This document shows, one piece after another, positions 50,277 to 59,800 of a stretch of 64,000 nt of DNA (position 1 is its first letter; each line of letters begins with the position of its first letter). The position numbers were made by a program, and so were the translations under genes. The notes beneath the pieces were generated by a model. The model was not told the DNA's origin. It worked only from the letters and a program-made list of their open reading frames with translations, and ran no database searches. Source of the stretch: Syntrophomonadaceae bacterium (GTDB lineage: Bacteria > Bacillota > Dethiobacteria > DTU022 > UBA8154); contig PWTK01000105.1 in NCBI GenBank assembly GCA_003563895.1, positions 15,129-79,128 of the forward strand, written 5' to 3'.

Positions 50277-51068
50277 CTAGATCCCCCAATCGATTTTTTG
50301 CAATTCTTCCAGCAGTTGGTAATTGGTCAGATCAAACTGGATGGGGGTAACGGAAATGTAGGATTTTTTGACCGCCGCCACATCGGTATCCTCGCCGTCT
50401 TCTTCCCTGGACGAGTCGACCAGTTCTCCGGCCAGCCAGTAATAGTTTTTCCCGCGGGGATCGATTCTCTTTTGGAACGTGTTGCGATAGTGGCGGAGGC
50501 CGAGGCGAGTGACGGCCACCCCCCCTATCTCGCGGCGCGATTTGTCAGGGACATTGATGTTCAGCAGCGTATCGGGGGGGAGCCCGTGTTCGCAGATGCA
50601 GCGCAGCGTCCTCAACATAAAGTTGGCGGCAAAGCGGAAATCGGGGTGCTTGCTCTCATCAAAGGGCAGCACAAGAGAAACAGCCATGGCCGGTATGCCG
50701 AGGATAATTGCTTCGATGGCGGCCGAAACGGTGCCCGAGTAAAGCACATCGGTGCCAATGTTGGCCCCCCGGTTAATTCCCGAAATTACCAGGTCCGGTT
50801 TTTGGGGCAGCAGGTATTCTATTGCCAGTTTAACACAATCTGAAGGGGTTCCATTGACGGCCCACCCCTTCAGTTCCGTATTATGGAAAAAACGGGCCTC
50901 CTCGGCACGCAGGGGCCTGTGCATGGTGATGGCGTGTCCCGTAGCGCTGCGCTCGTGGTCGGGAGCAACAATGTAGAGTTCCACCTCTTCGTCCTGCAGC
51001 AGTGCCTCACCGAGCATTTGGATCCCCTCGGCATAAATGCCGTCATCGTTGGTCAGTAATACAATCAA
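50277..51068 (-). CDS. surE: 5'/3'-nucleotidase SurE
   Basis: LLTNDDG, GTPSDCV, SGINRG.N, YSGTV. Confidence 0.95.
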   Translation of the reverse strand: MIVLLTNDDGIYAEGIQMLGEALLQDEEVELYIVAPDHERSATGHAITMHRPLRAEEARFFHNTELKGWAVNGTPSDCVKLAIEYLLPQKPDLVISGINRGANIGTDVLYSGTVSAAIEAIILGIPAMAVSLVLPFDESKHPDFRFAANFMLRTLRCICEHGLPPDTLLNINVPDKSRREIGGVAVTRLGLRHYRNTFQKRIDPRGKNYYWLAGELVDSSREEDGEDTDVAAVKKSYISVTPIQFDLTNYQLLEELQKIDWGI

Positions 51069-51372
51069 TCATATCCCTCCACATAGATTCGAAATAGTCC
51101 GGCCCCCTCTCTTTCGCTGCCGTATTCCGGAAGAGGGCTCCTGATAAGCCGGGAGGCAAAAGCCGGGCACACTTGGCCCGCCGGGAGCCCTTTCAGGGAC
51201 TCGAAAGAAAGGTCTGAAGCGGTTGAGCCAATATTTTCCCGCAGCTCAGAAACAACAGGGTGCCGGCTTCTCCGGGCTGAGAAGTTTCGGGGGCCTCCCT
51301 TCGCTTAAAACCCTGAAATCCATCGCGGCGTTCGCCCCTGCACAAGCCGGGGTCCCCCGGGAAATGCGGCGC

Positions 51373-52026
51373 TCATTCCTCCTGGCCGTAATGCTTGAGG
51401 AAAAGATCGCGCAATTTGCTTGTTTCCCCGTTTGAGAGAAGAAAAGGATCGCCAAGCAGTGTCGACCAGAGCAATATTTCGGCGCTTCGCTCAATAACCC
51501 GGGCCCTCAGCAGGGCCTCAGCAAGGGAAGCACCAACACAGACCGTCCCGTGGTTGGCCAGCAAAACGGCGAAACCGCTCTTTCCCAATGCCCTGGAGGC
51601 ATGTACAGCGAGCTCTTGACTGCCGGGGAAGGCGTACTCGGCTGCCGGCACACTGCCTCCAAACAGCTGGGCCATCTCTTCCGTAGCCGGTGCAATCTCC
51701 CTCCTTGCCACGGCAAATGCGGTGGCATACTTGCTGTGGGTATGAATAATGGCCTTTACGTCTTCACGGGCTTTATAGATCTCCAGGTGCAGGGGAAGCT
51801 CCGTGGAGGGCTTCCAGCGGCCCTCCTCTACTACACCGTCCAGGTTTAGCACGATCATGTCAGCGGGCTGCAAATCTTCATAAGGGATGCCGCTGGGTGT
51901 AATCACCGTCCTGTCCTTTTCCGGTCGGCAGCTGAGGTTCCCCCAGGTACTGAAGCACAACCCTTCTCTGCTTACAATATGCGCAAAGTTCACCACTTCC
52001 TCCCTGGCCTTTTCAACTCCCTTCAC
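51373..52026 (-). CDS. Class II aldolase/adducin family protein (Ald2-like)
   Basis: GNLS.R, ITPSG, PSTE..LH, HTHS, NHG; overlaps the mtnA stop. Confidence 0.88.
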   Translation of the reverse strand: MKGVEKAREEVVNFAHIVSREGLCFSTWGNLSCRPEKDRTVITPSGIPYEDLQPADMIVLNLDGVVEEGRWKPSTELPLHLEIYKAREDVKAIIHTHSKYATAFAVARREIAPATEEMAQLFGGSVPAAEYAFPGSQELAVHASRALGKSGFAVLLANHGTVCVGASLAEALLRARVIERSAEILLWSTLLGDPFLLSNGETSKLRDLFLKHYGQEE

Positions 52027-53111
52027 CCTCGCTGCACCCCGCCTTCAAACATCCGGATGAGCTTCTTTTCATTCGGCGAAAAGATGACCCCTTTTTCGGT
52101 GATGACGGCCGTGATCAACCCGGCGGGGGTTACATCAAAAGCCGGGTTCCGGGCGGAAGCGCCTTCCGGCGCCAGCCTGCGCCCCCCCAGGGAAAGCACC
52201 TCTTTTCCATCGCGCTCTTCTATCTCAATGTCCCATCCCGTCCCGGCGGAAAGATCCACGGTGGACAGCGGGGCTGCTACATAAAAGGGGATATTGTGTT
52301 CCCCGGCCAGCAGGGCCAGCGGGTAGGTGCCGATTTTGTTGGCCGCGTCCCCGTTGGCTGCGACGCGGTCGGCGCCGGTAATGATCCCGTCTACCTCACC
52401 CCGGCTGATAAAAAAGCCGGCCGCCCCGTCTGCAATAAGCTGCACCGGGATCCCTTCTTTTTGCAGTTCCCAGCAGGTGAGGCGGGAACCCTGGAGCAGC
52501 GGTCGGGTTTCACCGGCCAGGACGTTTTTAACCCTCCCCTGCTGAAAGGCGCTGCGGATCACGCCCAGGGCAGTGCCGTAACCGGCAGTTGCCAGGGCGC
52601 CGGCATTGCAGTGGGTTAGCAGGGTGCTCCCTTCTGCGATAAGCGCCGCACCGTTGGCGCCGATTTGTTTGTTGGTCTCGATGTCTTCCTCATAGATCCC
52701 CAGCGCCTCGGCTTCCAGGAGCTGCAGCACCGTCCCGGTTGGCGCTCTTTTGGCTTCCGAGAGTTTCCGCAGCATCCGATCCACACCCCAGGACAGATTT
52801 ACCGCAGTGGGGCGGGAAGCCTTCAATTTAGTGCCGGCCTCCTCCATGGCCTGCCAGAACCCTTCCTGCGGGGCATTATCTTCCTCCAGGTTAACGGGAA
52901 GTCGATCAAGGTAGTTCCGGGCCGCCAGCACCATGCCAAAGGCGGCAGACACGCCGATAGCCGGAGCACCCCTGACAACCATGTCCTTGATACAGTCACG
53001 CAGCTCGTCCGGGGTGCTGCAGGCCAGGTATCGCTCTTCTTCAGGCAAAAGCCGCTGATCGAGAAGTTTCAGCACACCGTCCTCCCAGATGATGGGACGG
53101 ATTTCTTCCAT
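52023..53111 (-). CDS. mtnA: S-methyl-5-thioribose-1-phosphate isomerase
   Basis: LDQR.LP, VRGAPAIG, RPTAVNL, THCNAG.LAT, ETRP..QG.RLT, NKIGTY, NPAFDVTP. Confidence 0.95.
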   Translation of the reverse strand: MEEIRPIIWEDGVLKLLDQRLLPEEERYLACSTPDELRDCIKDMVVRGAPAIGVSAAFGMVLAARNYLDRLPVNLEEDNAPQEGFWQAMEEAGTKLKASRPTAVNLSWGVDRMLRKLSEAKRAPTGTVLQLLEAEALGIYEEDIETNKQIGANGAALIAEGSTLLTHCNAGALATAGYGTALGVIRSAFQQGRVKNVLAGETRPLLQGSRLTCWELQKEGIPVQLIADGAAGFFISRGEVDGIITGADRVAANGDAANKIGTYPLALLAGEHNIPFYVAAPLSTVDLSAGTGWDIEIEERDGKEVLSLGGRRLAPEGASARNPAFDVTPAGLITAVITEKGVIFSPNEKKLIRMFEGGVQRG

Positions 53112-53142
53112 CTCTCATGCCTCCCACCGGGAATGTTTCGGG

Positions 53143-53934
53143 CTATTCCTCCAGGGTAATATCTTCCTTTTCCCAGCAACTGCAGCTTCGTGTCTGCGGA
53201 AGAACTGCCAGCACTTCCAGGAACAATTCCCTGATCAGGTTGATTTTTTCCTTGACCACGTCGATCACTTCTCTATGGGTTAACGGGTGCGGGGAGATTC
53301 CGGCGGCCAGGTTGGTCACCATCGAGAGGGTGGCGTAGCAGAGGCCCGCTTCCCGGGCCAGGGTGACTTCCGGCACACTGGTCATTCCCACCACGTCCGC
53401 CCCCCAGCTGCTGAAGGCCTGTATTTCAGCAGGCGTTTCGTAACGCGGGCCTTCCGTGCAGATATACGTGCCCCCGTTTACGAAGGGAATTCCTTTCCCG
53501 CCCAGGACGTTGCTGAGATGATTCCTCAACTGAGGACAGTAGGGCTCAGTGAAATCCGTGTGATATACCGGGCCGTCATCCCCGTCGTAAAAGGTGTGTT
53601 GGCGATTCCTGGTCAGATCAATGAACTGGTCGACAATGACCAGGGTTCCCTGGGTAATGCTTTCCTTTATTGAGCCCACGGCCGTGGTGGAAAGGATCCG
53701 CTGGATGCCCAGTTCCTTCAAAGCAGCGATGTTTGCCCGGTAGTTCACCCTGTGGGGAGGCAGCTGATGGCGGTCGCCGTGACGCGGCATAAAGGCCACG
53801 GTTTTATCTCCATATGTGCCGATGATCATTTTTGCCCTGCCGTATTTTGTGTCCAGGGTCATTTCACGGGAATCTTCCAGCAGCCGGGGGTGGTAATACC
53901 CTGTTCCCCCTATAATTGCCAGGTTAACGTCCAT
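53143..53934 (-). CDS. mtnP: MTA/MTI phosphorylase
   Basis: IIGGTG, RHG..H...PH.VNYRAN, EGPRYET.AE, VVGMT..PE..LARE, MVTN. Confidence 0.9.
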   Translation of the reverse strand: MDVNLAIIGGTGYYHPRLLEDSREMTLDTKYGRAKMIIGTYGDKTVAFMPRHGDRHQLPPHRVNYRANIAALKELGIQRILSTTAVGSIKESITQGTLVIVDQFIDLTRNRQHTFYDGDDGPVYHTDFTEPYCPQLRNHLSNVLGGKGIPFVNGGTYICTEGPRYETPAEIQAFSSWGADVVGMTSVPEVTLAREAGLCYATLSMVTNLAAGISPHPLTHREVIDVVKEKINLIRELFLEVLAVLPQTRSCSCWEKEDITLEE

Positions 53935-53993
53935 GTTTCCAAAATCCTTCGATTTGTTGAGCAGGGGTCCCCCTCCTTTCTCCTCTGAATTGG

Positions 53994-55241
53994 TCAGTCT
54001 ATCTCCCAACTATCCAGGTACGCCTTCTGCTCGTCGGTGAGGCGGTCAATTTCAATATTCATCGCTTTCAGCTTCAGCTTGGCCACCTCGCTGTCCAGGT
54101 CCTGGGGGACAGGCAGGACCCTGTTGGCCAGTTCTCCCCTGTTGTCCAGCAGATATTTCAAAGCCAGGACCTGGAGCGCAAAGGACATGTCCATGATCTC
54201 TGCAGGGTGCCCATCAGCAGCGGCCAGGTTCACCAGCCGGCCTTCACCCAGCAGGTAAAGGCGGCGGCCGTCGGGAAGCGCATATGCGTCTACGTCTTTT
54301 CTGACACGCCTGTAACCGCCGCTCAGGGCGACCAGGGCTTCTTTGTCGATTTCCACATCAAAGTGCCCCGCGTTGGAAAGCACGGCCTGGTCTTTCATTG
54401 CTTCAAAATGCTCCCTGGTGAGAACTTTGCTGCACCCCGTGACGGTTACGAAAAAATCGCCTGCTGATGCGGCCTTTTGGAGCGGCATTACCTCGAAACC
54501 GTCCATGTGTGCTTCCAGGGACTTGATCGGGTCAACTTCACATACGATCACCCTTGCTCCCAACCCCCTCGCCCTCATGGCCACCCCTTTGCCGCACCAG
54601 CCGTAGCCGATAACGACCACATCTTTTCCCGCCACAATGAGGTTGGTGGCTCGCATAATTCCATCCCAGGTAGACTGCCCTGTTCCGTAGCGATTATCAA
54701 AAAGGTGCTTGCATAGGGCATCGTTCACCGCCATCACGGGAAAGCCCAGCACCCCTTCTTTCTCCATGGCCCGCAGCCGTATCAGGCCGGTGGTCGTCTC
54801 CTCTGAACCCCCGATTATGCGGGGCAGCTGCTCCCGGTATTTTGTGTGTATGAAAGAAACCAGATCTCCGCCGTCATCGATGAGAAGCTCCGGGGAAAAA
54901 TTGGCAGCCTTCTCCAGGTGCTCCCGGTATTCCTCCCTGGTTGCATTGTACCAGGCGTGCACCTCCAGGCCCTCTTCGACCAGGGCGGAAGCAACGTCAT
55001 CCTGCGTTGAAAGAGGATTGCTTCCCGTAACGACCACCCCGGCACCGGCTTCTTTTAACACCCGGCACATGTAGGCCGTTTTTGCTTCCAGGTGAAGGCA
55101 AACGGCAATACGTAAACCCCGAAAGGGCGTGCTCTTTCGAAATGACTCTTCCAAACCCTTTAACACCGGCATGTGTTCACGGACCCAATCCATTTTTTCC
55201 TTTCCCTGCGGCGCCAGGCTTCTTTCTCTAATAGAACTCAA
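53994..55241 (-). CDS. ahcY: Adenosylhomocysteinase, short archaeal-type form (possible S-inosylhomocysteine hydrolase)
   Basis: HLEAKT, SNPLSTQDD, SEETTTG, FDNRYGTGQS, GHPAEIMD. Confidence 0.92.
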   Translation of the reverse strand: MSSIRERSLAPQGKEKMDWVREHMPVLKGLEESFRKSTPFRGLRIAVCLHLEAKTAYMCRVLKEAGAGVVVTGSNPLSTQDDVASALVEEGLEVHAWYNATREEYREHLEKAANFSPELLIDDGGDLVSFIHTKYREQLPRIIGGSEETTTGLIRLRAMEKEGVLGFPVMAVNDALCKHLFDNRYGTGQSTWDGIMRATNLIVAGKDVVVIGYGWCGKGVAMRARGLGARVIVCEVDPIKSLEAHMDGFEVMPLQKAASAGDFFVTVTGCSKVLTREHFEAMKDQAVLSNAGHFDVEIDKEALVALSGGYRRVRKDVDAYALPDGRRLYLLGEGRLVNLAAADGHPAEIMDMSFALQVLALKYLLDNRGELANRVLPVPQDLDSEVAKLKLKAMNIEIDRLTDEQKAYLDSWEID

Positions 55242-55640
55242 AGCAAGCCTCTCCTTCAGACTCTTGCGGAGCCTCGTGGATCTGATTTAACGCTTGATTT
55301 ATCAAGATTAATAATACTTCGAGAAAGCCCCGGAAAACTCCTGCCAACCTTATTCTCAAGCCATACAAAAAGGCCCCCAAAGGGGGCAAAAGGCCGATTT
55401 TTTCGGAAACAGCTGAGTGACTAAAAACCGTACCACAGCCGGATCCTTAAAGAATTCCGGGGCTGTGAAAAAGTTATATCGTTTTTGCTCAAAGACTTTG
55501 CAACTGAGGGTCCAGCTCTTTTTCAGTCAGCATCTCGCTGAAAACGTCTGCACCGATATTTCAACAGGATCGGCTGCGGGGCCGGTTAAACCTGCACGGC
55601 TCTTCTGGGTCTCCCGCTGCAGCTGTCTTCAGCGTTTCGC

Positions 55641-56237
55641 TTATTTTTTTGCTTCGTCGAGGCGGGCGTTTACATCCTCCCAGTTGACCAGGTTCCACCA
55701 GGCCTCGATAAAGGCGGCCTTCTTGTTTTGATACTGCAGGTAATAGGCATGCTCCCAGAGATCGAGGACCAACAGGGGAATTGCCCCCCACTGGGTCAGG
55801 TTCTGATGCTTTTCCGACGTGAGGATTTCCAGCTTGTCAAACTGGGGGTTCCAGCAGAGCAGGGTCCAACCCGAGCCTTCCACGGCCGCCGCGGCGGCGG
55901 TAAACTGCTCTTTAAAGGCGGGAAAGCCCCTGAAATCGGCTTTGATCTGTTGGGCAACGGCTCCTTCTGCCGGTCCCCCGCCTTCAGGCTTCATATTGGT
56001 CCAGAAGATGCTGTGCAGGATGTGCCCGGAGCCGTGAAAGGCGAGCTCTCTTTCCCAGTGCTTGACCAGGGAGAAGTCATTGTTTTCCCGAGCCTCAACC
56101 AATTTGGCTTCGGCCTTGTTCAAACCGTCAACGTAGGCCTTATGGTGCGCGTCGTGATGCAGGCGGAGGGTCCGTTCCTCGTAATAGGGTTCCAGGGCAT
56201 CATACGCATAGGGCAGATCAGGAAGCTCATGTTTCAT
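55641..56237 (-). CDS. Fe/Mn superoxide dismutase
   Basis: LP.LPY.YDALEP, HH..HH..YV, HS.FW, DLWEHAYY. Confidence 0.95.
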   Translation of the reverse strand: MKHELPDLPYAYDALEPYYEERTLRLHHDAHHKAYVDGLNKAEAKLVEARENNDFSLVKHWERELAFHGSGHILHSIFWTNMKPEGGGPAEGAVAQQIKADFRGFPAFKEQFTAAAAAVEGSGWTLLCWNPQFDKLEILTSEKHQNLTQWGAIPLLVLDLWEHAYYLQYQNKKAAFIEAWWNLVNWEDVNARLDEAKK

Positions 56238-56544
56238 TTGCGATCAACCTCCCAGAGATAGGATAATACCATTATAGCATACCTCGTGCCTGCCTGAAAC
56301 ATCTATCGGCAGCCCCTGGCGCGCAGGCGCTCACAGCAGCAGTCGCGACAAGGCGCCGCAGCAGTACACAATAATTATGCGCACCCGGACGGCAGGGAAA
56401 ACCGGCACACAGTTTAAATCTGCCAAGCGGTTGATGGGCAGCAGAAAACAGGAAGAGCAGAACACACCAGCGATACACATGGCGAAAAAAAGGGTTTATG
56501 CAGTCTCCTTTGGGAGCAAGCCATAAACCCTTCCATTCCGCTAA

Positions 56545-56662
56545 GTGCTCTAAAACTTAATTACCGTGAGGTATTCTTTTACACGTAAAGTCATACCCTT
56601 TACCCTGAAACTCATTGCTGCAAACAGGTCACATTCGGAACTCTATTTCTGCCGGAGAGCAC
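56545..56662. repeat. Dispersed repeat family C, copy 2
   Basis: GTGCTC...GAGCAC ends; shared core TAATTAC.GTGA...TTTTACACG...TCACATTCGGAAC. Confidence 0.65.
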
Positions 56663-56719
56663 CAAGGCAGAGGAAAAAGAAGCAAATTGGCACGGGCCGC
56701 AGCACACCGGCCTGCCGGT

Positions 56720-57610
56720 TTACAACCCGGCGGCTCTTCTGACTGCAGCCTGGTGAGTTGGGCTGATGCTGTTGTTGTTATGGGTCCTGCTGTTTTTAAA
56801 ATGGATACAAATGTGACCGGGAAAATTATTGTTGTGGATGAACTGGCCGCCGTGTGGCATGCCGTTCATGGAAGCAGCGATATGCCTCCCCCCAACGCTG
56901 ACAATGATGGCCCTGGGGGTCCAGCTCCACGATCCGCCGTAAACTCTCTTCATGGTGGCGGTATCCGCTGCTGTTAGGGGTTCAGTATCAGCATGATTGG
57001 TCCCACCCCTGCGCTTAACCTTAAAGCTCAGACCGGTGGATACGTCTGTAACGGTGGCGATGGTACCTCTGGTATAAATATTTCTCGCCTGGGCCCAATC
57101 CAAATATTCGCCACGGTTAACGGTCTTCTGGCGGGAGGTGAGCTGCCCGTCACTCTGACCTGCCTCAGTTTGGGAGCCGGCGGAACCAGGGATGGTCAAA
57201 ACCTGGCCCGGATGGATGAGGCTCGAGGTGAGGTTGTTGGCAGACATGAGGTCACTAACGGTTATGCTGTTGTTATGGGCGATTCCCCAAAGAGAGTCCC
57301 CGCGCCGAACTTCATATGTAGCGGTTGTTTCTTCCGGGTTTGCCTCGCTTTGAGAACTTTCTTCCGGATTTGCCTCAGTTTGGGAGCCGGCGGAACCGGG
57401 GATGGTCAAAACCTGGCCCGGACGGATGAGGCTCGAGGTGAGGTTGTTGGCAGACATGAGGTCACTAACGGTTATGCTGTTGTTATGGGCGATTCGCCAA
57501 AGAGAGTCCCCCCTCCGAACTTCATATGTACTGGCTGCGGCTGTCGCTGATAGAGCGAACAAAACAAAAATTATGGCAACCACCAGAGAGACCATCAATT
57601 TTTTAGACAT
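56720..57610 (-). CDS. Secreted protein with two LysM domains and a C-terminal putative catalytic domain
   Basis: Signal peptide; two YEVRRGDSLW.IA...PGQVLTIP repeats; C-terminal HAD.EP and GH.CIHF motifs. Confidence 0.88.
   Translation of the reverse strand: MSKKLMVSLVVAIIFVLFALSATAAASTYEVRRGDSLWRIAHNNSITVSDLMSANNLTSSLIRPGQVLTIPGSAGSQTEANPEESSQSEANPEETTATYEVRRGDSLWGIAHNNSITVSDLMSANNLTSSLIHPGQVLTIPGSAGSQTEAGQSDGQLTSRQKTVNRGEYLDWAQARNIYTRGTIATVTDVSTGLSFKVKRRGGTNHADTEPLTAADTATMKRVYGGSWSWTPRAIIVSVGGRHIAASMNGMPHGGQFIHNNNFPGHICIHFKNSRTHNNNSISPTHQAAVRRAAGL
57161..57530. repeat. Intragenic ~160 bp direct repeat (LysM duplication), period 210 bp
   Basis: 57161-57320 and 57371-57530 differ at only about five positions. 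Confidence 0.9.
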
Positions 57611-57855
57611 GAACCAATCGCCCCTTTCTCAGTTTGCTGGTACGCAGTTTGGATTCATTAACAAAGTATTAAAATATTCATTTAATATATATACTACATA
57701 AAAAGCCCTTCCCCTTTTTTTCTGTTAATTTTTTTTAAGAATTTTATATATTTTTAATCACTGCGTAATTATTTTCCAAAAACAAACCAAAGCTTTTCCC
57801 TAGCTTTTCCCTGACAAGCAAAAAACCGGCATCTCCACTGGATGCCGGTGCTTTC

Positions 57856-57900
57856 TGGGTGCGGGAGAAGGACTTGAGCCTCCGCACCCTATACGCGCAC
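57856..57900 (-). pseudogene. Degenerate tRNA-Leu-like 3' fragment (possible att scar)
   Basis: Minus strand GGAGGCTCAAGTCCTTCTCCCGCACCCA resembles the tRNA-Leu end GGGGGTTCAAATCCCTTCTCTCGCACCA. Confidence 0.55.
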
Positions 57901-57963
57901 AGGATAAAAAAATGAAGGGCTTGTATAAGCCCCTTCCGGGAGCCACAAGCCCTTATTTTATGC

Positions 57964-58049
57964 TGGTGCGAGAGAAGGGATTTGAACCCCCACGGGCTAC
58001 TGCCCACTAGGTCCTGAACCTAGCGCGTCTGCCTTTCCGCCACTCTCGC
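57964..58049 (-). tRNA. tRNA-Leu (CAG)
   Basis: Anticodon arm CTAGG-TTCAGGA-CCTAG, long variable arm, CCA end. Confidence 0.96.
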
Positions 58050-58052
58050 ACG

Positions 58053-58128
58053 TGGTGAGCCATCCAGGACTCGAACCTGGGACACCCGGATTAAAAGTCC
58101 GGTGCTCTTCCAACTGAGCTAATGGCCC
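58053..58128 (-). tRNA. tRNA-Lys (TTT)
   Basis: Anticodon arm CCGGA-CTTTTAA-TCCGG, TTCGAGT loop, CCA end. Confidence 0.96.
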
Positions 58129-58172
58129 GTCTATTGAGGCAAGGGGTGAAGCCCCTTCCCTGGACATGGTTG

Positions 58173-58260
58173 TGGTGGAGAGGACTGGATTTGAACCAGT
58201 GAAGGCGCACGCCAGCAGATTTACAGTCTGCCCCCTTTGGCCAAACTTGGGTACCTCTCC
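58173..58260 (-). tRNA. tRNA-Tyr (GTA)
   Basis: Anticodon arm GCAGA-CTGTAAA-TCTGC, variable arm, CCA end. Confidence 0.96.
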
Positions 58261-58348
58261 ACGATTTTTTGTGCAATTTCAAAACTGACGGTCAGGAAGA
58301 CATCTCACATCTACCGCGCTGTCTTTCCCCCCCGTCAGCGCAACATAT

Positions 58349-58377
58349 AGTATAACCTATTTTCACTTTGTCGTCAA
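58349..58377 (-). promoter_or_regulatory. Sigma-A promoter of the tRNA Tyr-Lys-Leu operon
   Basis: Minus strand TTGACG - 17 bp - TATACT. Confidence 0.7.
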
Positions 58378-58405
58378 CACCCGCCAACTTAAAATTTTCG
58401 CCCTC

Positions 58406-59389
58406 TCAGCCGGCCTGCCGACTGTGATCTTCTCCTTGGCCGAGGGGGATTTTCAGCCTTACGCTGGTCCCTTTTCCGGGCCCTGTGTGAATGAACAGAT
58501 CACCGCCAACCAAAGCCGCTCTCTCTTTCATGCCGAAAATGCCCAGGCTCTCCCGTTTGCCCATCTCTTCAATGAGCGAAAAACCTTTGCCGTCATCTTC
58601 CACTACGGCTTCCAGGTAATCGTTGTTGCAGCGGAGCCATACTTTAAAATTTCCGGCCCCGGAATGACGTATGGCGTTGGTGAGAGCTTCCTGTACAACG
58701 CGATATACGGCAGTCTCGACAACCGGATTATGCCTGATTTTCTTGCATTCTTCCAGGTCAAACTCGATATCAACACCGAGGTGGCTGGAAAGCTCACTGA
58801 CATAGCGCTTTATGGCCGCATCCAATCCAAATTCATCGAGAGCGCTCGGGCGCAGCTCGAAAGAAATGCGCTGTATTTCTTCCAGGGTCCTTTGGATAGT
58901 ATCCCTCAAAGCCCCGCTCATCTCTTTTACCTGGTCGAGATCGTCGGATTGCTGAATCAACTTTAAGCCCAGCATCAGGCTGGTCAGCGATTGGCTGGTT
59001 TCATCGTGAAGCTCCCTGGCAATTCGCTTTCTTTCATCTTCCTGGCTGGTAATCACTTTTTCCAGCAAGTGAGATCGCATTTTTTCTTTTTCTCGCAGTT
59101 CCTGCCGCAGCTCCCGGTTTTGCTGCCGGCTTTCCCGAAATCTCTTTATGATGTGGTAGTTCCCCAAAAGCACCAGGCCGATACAAAAGGCGGCAATAAA
59201 CAGAATGACCACTGTGATTTCGCTGCCAATCCCCGCCAGGGGCCCTTCAGGGGTGCTTATAGAGGCGTAAGCGGCGGTCAGGACGAGAATAAGCGCTGCG
59301 CATAATAATCCAAAAAAAAGCGTTTGGTAGGTTGCGGGTTTCTTCTCCACCAGTGCATCCCCCCTCGACCGGAAAGAAAATGCCTTCAT
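58406..59389 (-). CDS. Sensor histidine kinase, HisKA_3 (NarX/DegS) type, two TM helices
   Basis: EDERKRIARELHDE, ELRPS.LD, QEALTNA.RH, DDG.GF, G..GM.ER. Confidence 0.92.
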   Translation of the reverse strand: MKAFSFRSRGDALVEKKPATYQTLFFGLLCAALILVLTAAYASISTPEGPLAGIGSEITVVILFIAAFCIGLVLLGNYHIIKRFRESRQQNRELRQELREKEKMRSHLLEKVITSQEDERKRIARELHDETSQSLTSLMLGLKLIQQSDDLDQVKEMSGALRDTIQRTLEEIQRISFELRPSALDEFGLDAAIKRYVSELSSHLGVDIEFDLEECKKIRHNPVVETAVYRVVQEALTNAIRHSGAGNFKVWLRCNNDYLEAVVEDDGKGFSLIEEMGKRESLGIFGMKERAALVGGDLFIHTGPGKGTSVRLKIPLGQGEDHSRQAG

Positions 59390-59800
59390 TCATCCGGCGC
59401 ATGATGACGGAAGGGACCTCAACATTGCATAAAACATAGTGATTATTGATTTTGTTAAGGTACCCTTTAAACATGATGCGCTGGTTAAATAGATTCCAGT
59501 GCCACAGGTGCGGGTATGAGCATATTTACGAGATTGTAACCAAGAAAATGTCCCTTCTTGAGTTAATCGGATGACCACATAAAACATTGCATAAAACATT
59601 ACCGGTTTATTCGACATTTATGTCTCATTCCCTCTTAAAAACCCTATATATTCGCAATAAGGCTCCGTATCAACCCCCATATTTACGGGTATTGCCCGGA
59701 TAAAAAAACCTCCCATGCGGGAATGGGGAGGGAACCGAAGCATAAGCGCCTGCAGCCGGGCAAGCACCCGAGCCGTGACTATGTTGGGATGCAGGAAACA

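Noticed and set aside
51070..51370. GC-rich inverted repeats between the aldolase and surE as a riboswitch
   Set aside because: No match to any riboswitch consensus I recognise
55297..55350. SAM-I riboswitch-like fragments (TTATCAAGA...AAGCCCCGG) upstream of the short ahcY
   Set aside because: On the wrong strand for ahcY and lacks the GAGGGA/GGCCC P2 core
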